From Macrostomum hystrix (taxonomy: Eukaryota > Animalia > Platyhelminthes), in contig CATNEN010000010.1 in NCBI GenBank assembly GCA_950097015.1, positions 2,542,001 to 2,606,000 of the forward strand: 64,000 bases of DNA, read 5' to 3'. Shown in pieces: positions 12,177-23,025 of the stretch. The notes below the pieces were generated by a model. It saw only the letters and a program-made list of their open reading frames with translations. It did no database searches and had not been told where the DNA came from. Position 1 is the first letter of the stretch, and each line of letters starts with the position of its first letter. A program made the position numbers and the translations under genes.

Positions 12177-12998
12177 ATGACTGATCCAGATCCCAATTCC
12201 GATCCAATGAAACAGCTCCTGAACAGCGGCATCAGAAAACACTATGCGAGTATATCAGCGGACCACACCAGGCGGAGAAAATCTTTCCGCTCTACATCAT
12301 TTACTGAGGTGGGCAGGAAAATGTCAGACCTGGATATTTTTAGGGCATCAACAACGTCTCTGGGTTCCTCCCAGTCACCGTCCTTAGTTCCCAGCGACTC
12401 TCTCGGGGAGAAGCGCAACTCGGATAAAGTCTGCGACGTGCTCGTGACCATAGCCGTGCAAGATTTCAACAAAAGCTACACCCGTCGCTACATGGAACTG
12501 GAGACGGCCATCAAGCAAAGGTTTGGCTCACTGGTCGACGTTCGACGAACTGAAGGACGCACAAACACGGGATTCGACGTCTACATTGGCACCAGGTCGT
12601 CCACGAAGGCTGAGCGCCTGGTGTTCAGCCGAATCATCGAGGGCTTCTTTCCGCAGGTAGATGCCCTTTTGTCCCTCGTCGAACGGAGCGTTGCCGAGAA
12701 GCGAGTCGAGGAGCGCGAACTCAGCAAGGTGCACTGCTGCTTCATCTACAGCGAGCAAGAACACGCCAGTATATTCAAGCGGCTGGTGAACCAAGCCACC
12801 AGTCAGCTGATTGACCGCATCAAGTTTCAGATCCAGATGATTCCGGTGCGCGACGTGCTGGAGGTATGGGTGAACGGCCAGCTGATCTACTCCCTGTGGT
12901 ACTGCGGCCAGCCGCCTGTCCTACACGACATCATCATGGAGCTGCAGAAGGCCTCTCTTGGCCAGCCTTTCGAGTCTATGCCCCGACTGAGGGGCTAG
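12177..12998 (+). CDS. Single-exon protein with two Rdx (SelW/SelT/MIEN1)-like domains lacking the CxxC/U motif
   Basis: ATG at 12177 follows a pyrimidine-rich acceptor at 12150. Domain 1 has ...YMELETAIKQRFG...TGFDVYIG...LVFSRIIEGFFPQVDALLSLVE; domain 2 has ...LEVWVNGQLIYS...PP..HDIIMELQ. Both resemble the Rdx pattern FEIEINGQLVFSKL..GGFP. The family is assigned from remembered motifs, not a search. Confidence 0.7.
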   Translation: MTDPDPNSDPMKQLLNSGIRKHYASISADHTRRRKSFRSTSFTEVGRKMSDLDIFRASTTSLGSSQSPSLVPSDSLGEKRNSDKVCDVLVTIAVQDFNKSYTRRYMELETAIKQRFGSLVDVRRTEGRTNTGFDVYIGTRSSTKAERLVFSRIIEGFFPQVDALLSLVERSVAEKRVEERELSKVHCCFIYSEQEHASIFKRLVNQATSQLIDRIKFQIQMIPVRDVLEVWVNGQLIYSLWYCGQPPVLHDIIMELQKASLGQPFESMPRLRG

Positions 12999-13517
12999 AT
13001 GGCTGGCGGAGGCTGGAGAGCTGCGACGGTTCGTCATGATGGGCTCAGGTCGTTCGTGGGTCGTGGCTGAAATCCTGCATCAGGTTGAGACTGAGCTGAA
13101 GGAGGCCCAAATGCAGTTTGACTGGCTTGGAAACTTCTAAAATGACCAAAACGAAGAAGCGGGGAGCTAGAAATTTTATAAAGAATTTTAGTACAACTTG
13201 GCCCTGTTGATGCGAGATTGTCTTTCGTCGCAATAAAGAACGTATTTTATGTCCCTTTAAAATATGCAAGTAATTTAAGCATCACTAAATGACATTTAAT
13301 TTGTTTTCTACCAGAACGAAGTACAACAATAATAACAAGAAAACAACAAGGGAATAAAAACAACACCCGTCGGGCTCTATGCCTGAAGCAGGGCTTTCTC
13401 TATGGCTTCTATCTGGCACCGAGACTTGATCGCGAAGGGCAGGCCCTTCCACGGCTCCCACCGCCAGCAGAGAGGGATTTGGACACTCCTTCTCGATGGG
13501 CGGTGGTTGGTGGGTGG

Positions 13518-13610
13518 CTACTACTACTACTAATACTTCCACTAATACTACTACTACTACCACTACTATTACTACTACTACTACTAATATTACTTGTACT
13601 AAAACTACTT
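13518..13610. repeat. (ACT/CTA)n microsatellite
   Basis: An imperfect trinucleotide run. Confidence 0.9.
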
Positions 13611-14437
13611 TCACTTGCCGGTTGTCTCTGCCTTGTTTGAATTTGTTGCGAGACAATTTTAGAGTGGACCATTAATTCTTTCTCCTTGTAATGGCAGAAG
13701 AAAGGTAAGCTGGGAAGTTTATGTGCGGCAGCCCTTTGCCAGCCGAAAATTGCCTTCCTCGAAGTGGGATAGGAATTCGCGCAGCTTATCTCCCGAATCC
13801 CTATTTGCTTCGGAAGGCTTGGGCCTATTCCGCTCTGGCAAACACGGCAAATGCCTACAACGTCTGCCGGGCTGTCCGTCTGTGAGGCTGCCACCACGCG
13901 ACCGCAAAACTGCAGGCCGGAATCCCCACACAGAGGCAGAGATACCCAGGCAGATAGCGACCGGGCGCGCTGTGTGCATTGACGCTAATGCGATTATTTA
14001 CGGAGGCCGCGCCTCGACTTGCTTAACAGTCGAGACCCGACGGAGTTTCGAATCTCCCTCCCCCCTCCCTGCCGCTTCCCTGCCGGCGCCTGCCACGTCA
14101 CCTCGCAGCCGTGCGCGGATCGGCACTCAGTGAGAGCTGCGTTCACAAAGGCTTGCCTCAAAGGAGCGGAATGGGAACCCAAATCTCATTTTAGAAGTCC
14201 CCGAAATTCTCCCCTGGTAGACGTCAGAGCCGGTCTCTGCAAGCCAGCGTGGCTGCGAGCTGCCAAAGCAACACTTTGAACCAGTTCTGTGCCGAGGCTC
14301 TCCCCGAATCCGTTTTGGAGGCCGGCGGGCTGTGTGGGAGCGGGACTCGGATCTGAGAGCTATTCCAGGGGAGATCTTTCACGTGATGCTGTGGCCAATA
14401 TTGGGGTCACGATTTCACTGCTGGGTTATCATTGGAA

Positions 14438-14670
14438 TCTATCGATCTACCAATCTATCTACCAGTCCATCTACCAATCTATCTACCAATCTATCCACCA
14501 ATCTGTCTACCAATCTATCTACCAATCTATCTACCAGTCCACCTACCAATCTATCTACCAGTCCACCTACCAATCTATCTACCAGTCCACCTACCAATCT
14601 ATCTCCCTATCTATCTACCAATCAATCTTCTAATATATTTGCCTATCTATTTGCCTATCTATCTACCAAT
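14438..14670. repeat. 12-bp repeat (CTACCAATCTAT / CTACCAGTCCAC) of ATCT-type microsatellite origin
   Basis: Direct repeats; these produce the SIYQ/STNL/PIYL spurious ORFs. Confidence 0.93.
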
Positions 14671-15947
14671 GAAACTATCTAAACGCTGCGTTCACTAGTT
14701 TTCAATTTGTACAGACAGGCTTTTCAAACCCCCAGCCAGTCCCTAGTTCGGTTGGAGTTCAGAACGCAGATGAGTCAGCATCTGGTCGATAGAAACGCCT
14801 TTTGAATTGGAAGTAATCAAAGTGCAGAAGCAGCAGCAGCAGGTTCTCATTCTGCTTGACCCTTTCTCATTCATTATTTAAACGGGCGCCAGAATCGACT
14901 TCCTGCGAAAACGGGGCATTAAACATATTTGCGGAAGGGTGACAATTCGAGGTCAAACATTGGGATATTGGGAAAAATACTGTTGGATCAGCTTGCTGCG
15001 ACAGCCAGCAAAGAAGTGCTGGGGACTGCAAAGTGGGAAGAGAGGAAAAAGAGGAATCGTATTTAATTGAAAAAGCCCTGCTCTTCGAACTGCAGCGCAA
15101 AAGGAGAAACCAAAATAAACAAGGAAGGAAGTAAGAAAGAGCGAACAGCCTATAGACGAAAAGGTGGGCGACCGCCGCCTGATTTCCCTGTCCGCACTCA
15201 TCGCCTCTCCCAGCGACTCCGGGCTGGGGGAAGCGTCCCGGCCGAAATCTCCGAAATCCCGCAGAGCCGCGCCGCTGCTAGGGCCGCCGTAATCTGAGAA
15301 ATTGCCCTCCGAAAATCCCCCATTTTTCCAGCGGTGGCGGCCGTTGCAACAGGGAGCGCCCGCCTCCTTTAGATTAATAGGGAACTGGAAAGCCGCGGCT
15401 GATTGCTGAGCCAGGGCCCGATCCCCTCCCCAGATGCCGCGCAGATTTGGCTGAGTTTTCCCACCACGGCGACTCCTCAGCAGCAGCAGCAGCAGCAGCG
15501 CTTTCATTCTCCGCCCCAGCCGCTTCCAAGCAGTCGCCGCGTTCCCCCCCCCCCCCTGATTAAACGAGAGCGCCATCTGATTGGCGTCCGTGGCCTAGCT
15601 CGCCAGAATCCCCACTGCGATCCAGCACCATCGATTTTACTAGCCTCTCCCTCCCTCATAGATCCCCGTTAGACTGGTGCGGCCTGCTACCCTGCCGTCT
15701 CTCCCTGCCCAGGCGCAGTTTGGGCCCGATATATTTAAACTGCACCGGAGCCGAGCCCTCTCTCCCTCTGCCCCGCTCTCTCCACCGCCACCCCCTCCCG
15801 AGTTCGTGACTTCCCAGCAGCTCCAGCGCTCTTCAGACCAGCGCGAGGCCGTCTTCTGCTTCCGCGTCAAGCAGGCAAAAAATCGAAAAGCGTCGAATTT
15901 GAGCAACTCGACGAGAAGAAGGAAGCCACGAAGGGTCAAGAAGCAGC

Positions 15948-18900
15948 ATGGTGAGAGGTGTTCGCTTTCTCTTAATATTCAGATTTTGACTTCTCCACTC
16001 GAACCGACAGTTCCATCATTGCAAAGCTGCTCAGAACCTTACAATCAATCCCGCCAAGAATTGCGATAAGAAGTGAGCACAGGTCTCTGCATGAACAGCT
16101 GCTCAGAAAGTCGATGCACTTTGCGCCAGTCCCAGTAGGTATCGGGCCTTTCCATTAGACACCCCCAGGTCCGTCAGATTAAGATTAATCGAGCCTCGTC
16201 CTTTCTGCGGACTTGGGGTCGCCGTCAGATTAAGATTAATCGGGCCTCGTCCTTCGGGCAGAGATTCTTCCGGACCGGGGAGGGGAGGGACAGTAGGACT
16301 GGAGATTTGGGTGGTGGGGTCGCATCCGGCAGACTGGTCCTCCGGCCACCTGTCTGCGGTGTGGAATTTCAGTTCAAGGATTCGGGATGAACTGATATTG
16401 ACCAGAGCCTGGAACCCGAGAGCTCTGGCTGCGAATCAGATACAAACGCGTAGAATTTCAGGTTGGCAAAGAGGGAACAGACCAGGTGAAACTCGGCTTC
16501 TGTCTGCACGGATGCCCGGCCTTCAGCTTGATATGCCAGTTTTCAAAACACTCGCACTTTCAGCAATAGTTGGTGCAAAAGATGCGGATTAATCTATGAA
16601 TAATGGACGAAGCGAAACTATCTGCTAAAAGGCTGATCGTCGATTTTTTAAAATCCTGGCTGCTCTCGCTCAGGCTGAATGCGGCTCTGCGCGTCAGTGC
16701 TAATTCCCGGCAGCGGGTTAGCACAGCATGATGAAATCCCAGCTTCATTCCACATCATAATTTTTGTCTCAGGGGGGGCTGAGAGAATCTGTGCGGATCT
16801 GCCGGGGACCGAGCTGCATTAGCTGCCACCGCCAGCCGTGTCTGGGACCTCGATGAGTGGCAGCAGGGGATTCCAGTGGCCCGCAGCCGGCGGCTCCCAC
16901 GCATCCCATCTCCAAGTCGGGCGGGGGATTTTATCGGTCCCTCTCCCGCGACTCACAAAAAGCCACCCGCCTTAGCTGATGGGAGACGGAGGCGGAGTCT
17001 GGGAATTGGAACTGGGCGCTGCTCGCCAAGGCTCCAAGTCGAGTGCGAGTCAGGGCGAGAGGAGAGCAGGGGGAGACATCGCTGGGGAAGATGGATCCAC
17101 GTGGCCATCTCATAGTCCTGACGGGTGCGTAACAGAAAATGAAAAGGAAACTGGGCCTAATCGCTGCCATGAATCATCTCGCGACTCCTCGACGGTGCCT
17201 GCGGGGAGCATGGGCCTGAAAAATGGGAAAAGATAGCGGGAACGGGAGAGGGAGAAGAGAAGCACATAACAAAAATATGCTGTCCCGAGCCACGGCCCAC
17301 AATGAGTCGGGGCAGGGGGCAGCTTAGACTCGCGCAGGTCTCCTGGGAGTTGCGCCCGCTGCTGCGTGCTCTCTTGGCCCCTCTCCGTCCCCGCCATCTC
17401 CGAGCACATCTCGCTAGCCGCCAGAAATTTCATGCGCAGCCTGCAGCCTGGAAGGGAGGCCGCCAACCCGGGCTCTCCTGACTCAGCTCAGCTCATTCAG
17501 CTCAGAGTTCCTCAAGCATCAATTTGCCTGACACTCCACGTCGCGGCGTTCAAATTGAAAGCGACATGAGTGCAGCGGTGCACAGCGCTCATTGTTTTCG
17601 CATTCGCTGAGCCGTCATTAACTGACACGGCACTCAAATATCCCACCCGGATGCGCGAATCGGATGAGACACTGCTCAGAAAGCAAACCAGCGAGGGGGA
17701 TCTGCCTCAGAAATTTGCATTTTAGCGCCACTCCAGAACAAACGGGACGACTGCCGGCTGCGAACTGCTCCTCAACTGCCGCCTCCATCTTTTGCTGCTC
17801 ATTAGGCCGAATTCATGACAGCCTCAAAGGCGGCAAATTTGATGGGCTGTGCGAAATGGTTGTTTTATGGACTAAGTCGGAGCTTATAGAGCAGCAAAGA
17901 TTTCAGATGGAAAGAGAAACGAGAGAAATTAAGGGAATAATGGGATAAAGATACAGAAGACAGAAAAAAAATTTAAAGGGGCAGAACCTGAGTGACTCAG
18001 AACCTCCCCGCTCCCGACCTCACCAGCTTCCGCAGTCCCGACGCTGCCCGTACGCGGGCGCCGACCTCCTGGGACTCACTCACGACTCTGGCGGCGTCGG
18101 CTGCAGCGGCTTCGAGTATGATGACCCGATTACTGCGCCGGTTCCCGACGATGAGGACGAACTCAGCGAGCAGCGCCTTCAGGAGCTGCAGGACCAACAG
18201 GACGAGCGCAGCCAGCTCATGATGCAGTTATGCAGCGACGGCTTCAGCTTCTGCGATGTCAAGGACGAGCCACGCTTTGTTTTCGACGAGAGCCTCTGTC
18301 TGCCAGTGCAGCTGACCGTGCTCAGCGACCTCGCGCCCATCGTCCGCTCCCCGGTGGTCAGCATGGCGGCCAAGGACGACTGTCTGGCCGTGACGGACGG
18401 CTACTTTGTGTACCTGTTCGAGCTGCTGGCCTCCGCCTCCGCTGCCGCCGCTCCGTCCTATTCGTCCTCCTTCTCTTCGTCTGGCAACGGGACTGGGCGT
18501 CTGCGCTGCCGACGGAGCTTCCGGGTGCTGCCTAGCGGCTACAGCGACTTCCGCATCAGCTGCGTGCGCCTGCAGACTCGGGACCTGATGTACGCCTCCG
18601 GCAACCTGGTGCTCGAGGCCTCCGAGCTCACCGCCGGCTGCCTGGTGATGACCAACTCGATGGGCCAGCTACTCAGCTACAAAATCTACAGCGACGGTCA
18701 CGTGAGCGGCTTTGACTTCGACCAATCCGGTGGCATCTTCCTGTGCTACTGCGGCCAGCGCAAGGCCGTGAGCCGCATCGTGAAGCTGAGCAGCGACTTG
18801 AAGCACCTGTTCCACCTAGATATCGATTGGGACAAGATTCCTAAGCAGGTGAGCATGGTTACAACCGTTGAAAGGACTGAGTCTATACGGTGAGCAGAGT

Positions 18901-19405
18901 TTGTGAAGGTAACTACAGGTATATGTACTTTCTAACCGACCTGCAGATCTCCTGCTGCTGGGACTCGAATGAGACCTGGGTCTCCGGCCAGTGGGGCAGT
19001 AACGGCGGCTTCCTGCTATCAATGCGCTCCCATGATCCCAAGGGCATTGGCGAGGTGAACTCCTGGCTGAAGCCCTCCGCCTGGCGATTCGAGCGCCTCA
19101 TGCCCAGCCAGCTGCTCGGCCTGAGCGAGGGCCGCCTGCTGACGGTGAATGCAGCCAATCAGGAGGGCTCGCTGTACGTGCTGTACTGGACCAGGCGGGT
19201 GCCGGGCGCTGCGAGCCAGGGCTGGGTGCCCGAGTGCCAGCGGGTGTGCCACAAGGACAACGAGGGCGTCACAGCCCTGTGCTCTGACCGGGAGCGCAGC
19301 GGCACAGTCTACCTGGCCAAGAATGGCCTGGTCTACCAGCTGCAGGTGATTGGACAAGGCTCAGGTAACAGCGGCGGCGGAGGCTCCAGCTGCGCGATCA
19401 GCTAA
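15948..19405 (+). CDS. Uncharacterised beta-propeller (NHL/WD-like) protein; exons 15948-15950 (putative ATG-only), 18036-18848, 18947-19405
   Basis: There is a long GC3-rich open frame from the acceptor at 18035 (SRRCPYAG...EYDDP...QLMMQL), a phase-0 intron at 18849-18946 and a stop at 19403. Repeated short beta-strand/turn motifs occur (LAVTDGYFVYLF, VSGFDFDQSGGIFLC, LCSDRERSGTVYLA). ATG|gtgag at 15948-15951 fits phase 0 but is a guess. Confidence 0.62.
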
Positions 19406-20059
19406 AATCGGAACGCTCTTTACCTGTCCCATGCATTGTGAGGTGACAATTCGAGTTAAACCATCTGTTCGGCGTGTTTGCAACGGACTAGTTCTAAAAA
19501 TTGCTATTCGCAACTGACGTAATTCGATCGAAAAGCTATAAATAGACTCGTGGAAATTGTCTAGGAGTCACAAGTATGGTGTACTTCAGAGAGCGAGCCC
19601 TGCCATGTAAACCTGTACATTCGCTGGTATTATGATTTTAACTCGAATTAACGAATGCATTCGTTTTCCGTTCAGTTCAGACTTAAAAGGGTTCCTCGAT
19701 TCCTTATAATGCTTCCATTCATTAGTCCCGAGCTTTCCGTTACAGCTACTGCCCCCTGTCCACACCGGAGGAGGCCGCACTAAAGTTTCGTCATCCATTC
19801 ATTGGTGGTTCTGATTTGAAAATGGACGTTGTGGTACTTGACGCTTGAAGCCCAAGTTTTTTTGCATCATCATATTTCTTTATTTCTGTTTTTTTGTCGT
19901 AAATAAATTTAATTATAAAACTTTTTACGAGTGGAAGTTGAACTTGCTGAAGCTGATCAGAGATCGCTACTGTATCATGCGATAAATAATGAGTTCAGTC
20001 TCTCCTTTCTTACTTTTTCTGGTCACACATCCACTATGCTACTTTAAGTAGAGCTCACT

Positions 20060-21160
20060 GCCATTGAACTATACCTTTTTGCAATCTAGTTTGCCAAAAC
20101 TGCAATCAATTTTGCCCACGGAGAGAATTTACTTGTATATTTCTAATATATTGGCTCTGCCTGCCCATTCTTTGCTATAGTTTGAACCATAGACAAATCC
20201 TTGTCTATACGAGTATAGACACTCGTATATCCTTGATATACGAGTAAATAGAGTCGTCTGGTGCTTGCCATTCAATCAAAGATGTCGATTAGCTGCAGAC
20301 ACCTCTGAATGTACGTTTGAGTATGATTCACCCACTGAATGCACTTCTGTTGGGTGATGAAGCTCATTGAGGCATCCACCTCACGCATGAGCACTGACAT
20401 GCGGTGCTGTTCCATCGTGGCATTCGCTGCCAGTGCCAAATTTCTGTCAGCGACTTCCCGTTGGATGGCAGTCGTTTGAACTCTCAGCTTCAGAGCTGCC
20501 TTCAGTGCTGATCCTGCTCTCTCGGCTGGGTTGATGAAGGGTGAATATGGCGGCAGAAAGCGACAGTCATGACCGTTCGACATCACACGAACGTTGAGAT
20601 GGGCCCTTGCTCCGTCAAACAGAACTACAAAATCTCCCTCGACCAACTGATCGATCTGACAAAAATCCGGCGAAGTGCTCGTTGCGAAATCCGCCTTCGA
20701 CCAGAGCAAAGTGGGTGAGGGCGTAAAAAGGTGGATGAGGGGCGGAAAAAGGTGGGTGAGGGGCGGAAAAAGGTGGGTGAGGGACGGAAAAAAGGTGGGT
20801 AAGGGGCGGAAAAAGGTAGGTGAGGGCCGGAAACCGGCAGGTGAGGCGCGGAAAAAGGCGGTTGAGGGGCGGAAAAAAGGTGGGTGAGGGGCGGAAAAAA
20901 GGTGGGTGAGGGGCGGAAAAAGGTAGGGGAGGGCCGGAAACCGGCAGGTGAGGGGCGGAAAAAGGCGGTTGAGGGGCGGAAAAAGGTGCGTGAGGGGCGG
21001 AAAAAGGCGGGTTAGGGGCAGAAAGGGCGGAAAGAAATATTGTTATAAGATCCGCGCTGAGCCATTCTTGCGCTGCTATGTTTGTCTGCCGTGCTTGCTT
21101 TCTACTATGGGAAAACTTGATCGCAGTTTTGGCAAAATTGAATGTAAGAATTTTTGAACG
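20060..21160 (-). mobile_element. Internally deleted IS630/Tc1-like DNA transposon; transposase C-terminus at 20272-~20670
   Basis: VVLFDGARAH...FLPPYSPFINPAE is the DDE_3 C-terminal motif. Imperfect inverted repeats of about 44 bp lie at ~20075-20118 and ~21108-21151 (core GCAGTTTTGGCAAA). Confidence 0.75.
20712..21032. repeat. G/A-rich ~21-22-bp minisatellite (GAGGGGCGGAAAAAGGTGGGT)
   Basis: Direct repeats occupy the place where the 5' part of the transposase would be. Confidence 0.92.
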
Positions 21161-21426
21161 CGAACGAGTGCGTCATTGGCAAAATCATGAGTGCGCGAAG
21201 CGCACCAGTGATATTTGCCATAGACTCACGAGTTAGCGTTCATGAATCGCATTCTTAATTGATTCTACCATTCTAAATTCTGCCCAAAAAGGAGAGGTTA
21301 TAATTGATTTTGCCATAGATATTACCCGCTGTTAGCGGAATTGCGGGGCAGAATAGCAATTAATCAAATAAGAATGCCACAGCACTAACACTCATTTCAA
21401 AATCAGATTAAATTCCATTCGCTCTG

Positions 21427-22387
21427 GGCGACTGGAGAGAGCTTGGCAGAATGATGGGGATGAAGAAACCGACAGTGAGGAACATCGTAACCACGTATGA
21501 ACGAACTGGTAGAGTTGGCACTCTGCCAAAAGGAGGAGTGAAGAGTATGGCGCTGACGGAGGCTATGGTGGACACCATTGTTCAATTCGTTGAAGGTCAA
21601 CCTACTGCGACGCTGCAACAAATGAGAGAGCACCTGCTGCACCAACACAATGACGTTGCCAACGTGAGTCTGACCACTATCAGTCGTGCTCTGGATGGTC
21701 GCCTCATCACCCTGAAGTTGCTGCACCAGGTACTTTGGAACATGTCTGTTACAAAGGAGGCGCGAAGGATGCACGTCAAATGGATGCTGGACGAGGGAAG
21801 CCACGTGAACACCATTTTCATGGACGAGTTTGGGGTGAATATCTGGACGGCGAGGACTCAAGGCCGCTCTACGAAGGGGCTCCCAGCTGTGACTGTCGTC
21901 AGCGGACAGCGTGGGCAGAATCTCACCATCTGCCTGGCCATCTCGCAACTCGGCCTCGTTCACAGCACTCTCGTTGAAGGAGCTGCTTTAACAACGAGCA
22001 CTTCGTGGAATTCCTCTCTGAGATCGATGTTCTGATGGAAGAGGAGTTTGTGCTTTTGTCCGAGGTGTCCCTGGGATGTCTGAAGGTCATGCTCACCGAT
22101 TCCTGCCTCCATACTCGCCGTTCATCAACCCGGCGGAGTACGCAGGCTCAGCGCTGAAGGCCAAGCTGAAAAGGCAACTGCAATCACCTGCCATTCAGCG
22201 CGAGGTGGCAGATACTGGACTGGCTGCTGCAGCAGGTGCGACACTGCATCAGCACAGGATGCGCATTCTGAAGAGAGAAGTGCAGCAAGCACTGAACTGC
22301 ATCACGCCTCTTAAGTGCCTGCGCTGGATCAACCACTCCCAGACGTACTTCAATCGGTGCTTGAATGCTGAGGACATAATGTTATGA
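21427..22387 (+). pseudogene. Disrupted IS630/Tc1-like transposase (HTH + DDE)
   Basis: GDWRELGRMMGMKKPTVRNIV (HTH), IFMDEFGVNIW...RTQGRS..G, RGQNLTICLAIS and FLPPYSPFINPAE are present. There is an upstream in-frame stop, a frameshift near 21985, and the second catalytic Asp segment (FDGARAH in the other copy) is missing near 22055-22075. Confidence 0.85.
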
Positions 22388-22544
22388 ATTCTTGTTCTGA
22401 CTTCTGACTGAGGACATATTGTTATCATTCTTTATCGTTATTGTTATGCTATCGCTCCCTATTTCGCTACTGCTGTTGACAGGGCAGGTCAAATACAGCA
22501 GTGAGCTGCTATCTTCAAGCTGGCAAAATAGCTCGCAGTTTTTA

Positions 22545-22832
22545 CCAAATTGGTTGCTGCTAGCGGCGGCTGTCTATGGAAAATTGCTGCGGCTGCGTCA
22601 GGCTGAGCCGTGGCCAAATTGGTTGCTGCTAGCGGCGGCTGTCTATGGAAAATTGCTGCGGCTGCGTCAGGCTGAGCCGTGGCCAAATTGGTTGCTGCTA
22701 GCGGCGGCTGTCTATGGAAAATTGCTGCGGCTGCGTCAGGCTGAGCCGTGGCCAAATTGGTTGCTGCTAGCGGCGGCTGTCTATGGAAAATTGCTGCGGC
22801 TGCGTCAGGCTGAGCCGTGGCCAATTTGGTTG
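22545..22832. repeat. 69-bp tandem repeat, 4 near-identical copies
   Basis: Unit CCAAATTGGTTGCTGCTAGCGGCGGCTGTCTATGGAAAATTGCTGCGGCTGCGTCAGGCTGAGCCGTGG. Confidence 0.95.
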
Positions 22833-22895
22833 CAGTTATCAGAACGTAAAAAGGTATATTACACTAGCTGATTGTAATAAGCAAATATTTCATTT

Positions 22896-23025
22896 GCTAT
22901 TGGAGCGGCTGACATCAAAGCAGCAGTATTCTATTAGCTATTGGAGCGGCTGACATCAAAGCAGCAGTATTCTATTAGCTATTGGAGCGGCTGACATCAA
23001 AGCAGCAGTATTCTTTTGGCTATTC
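22896..23025. repeat. 41-bp tandem repeat, 3 copies
   Basis: GCTATTGGAGCGGCTGACATCAAAGCAGCAGTATTCTATTA starts at 22896, 22937 and 22978. Confidence 0.93.

Noticed and set aside
12177-13300. Selenoprotein with Sec-TGA
   Set aside because: There is no in-frame TGA at the motif positions, and no SECIS could be recognised by eye.
13409-17950. Many 60-200 aa ORFs in the GC-rich block
   Set aside because: They are overlapping, low-complexity, mostly non-ATG and without motifs. They are better explained as GC-rich regulatory or UTR sequence.
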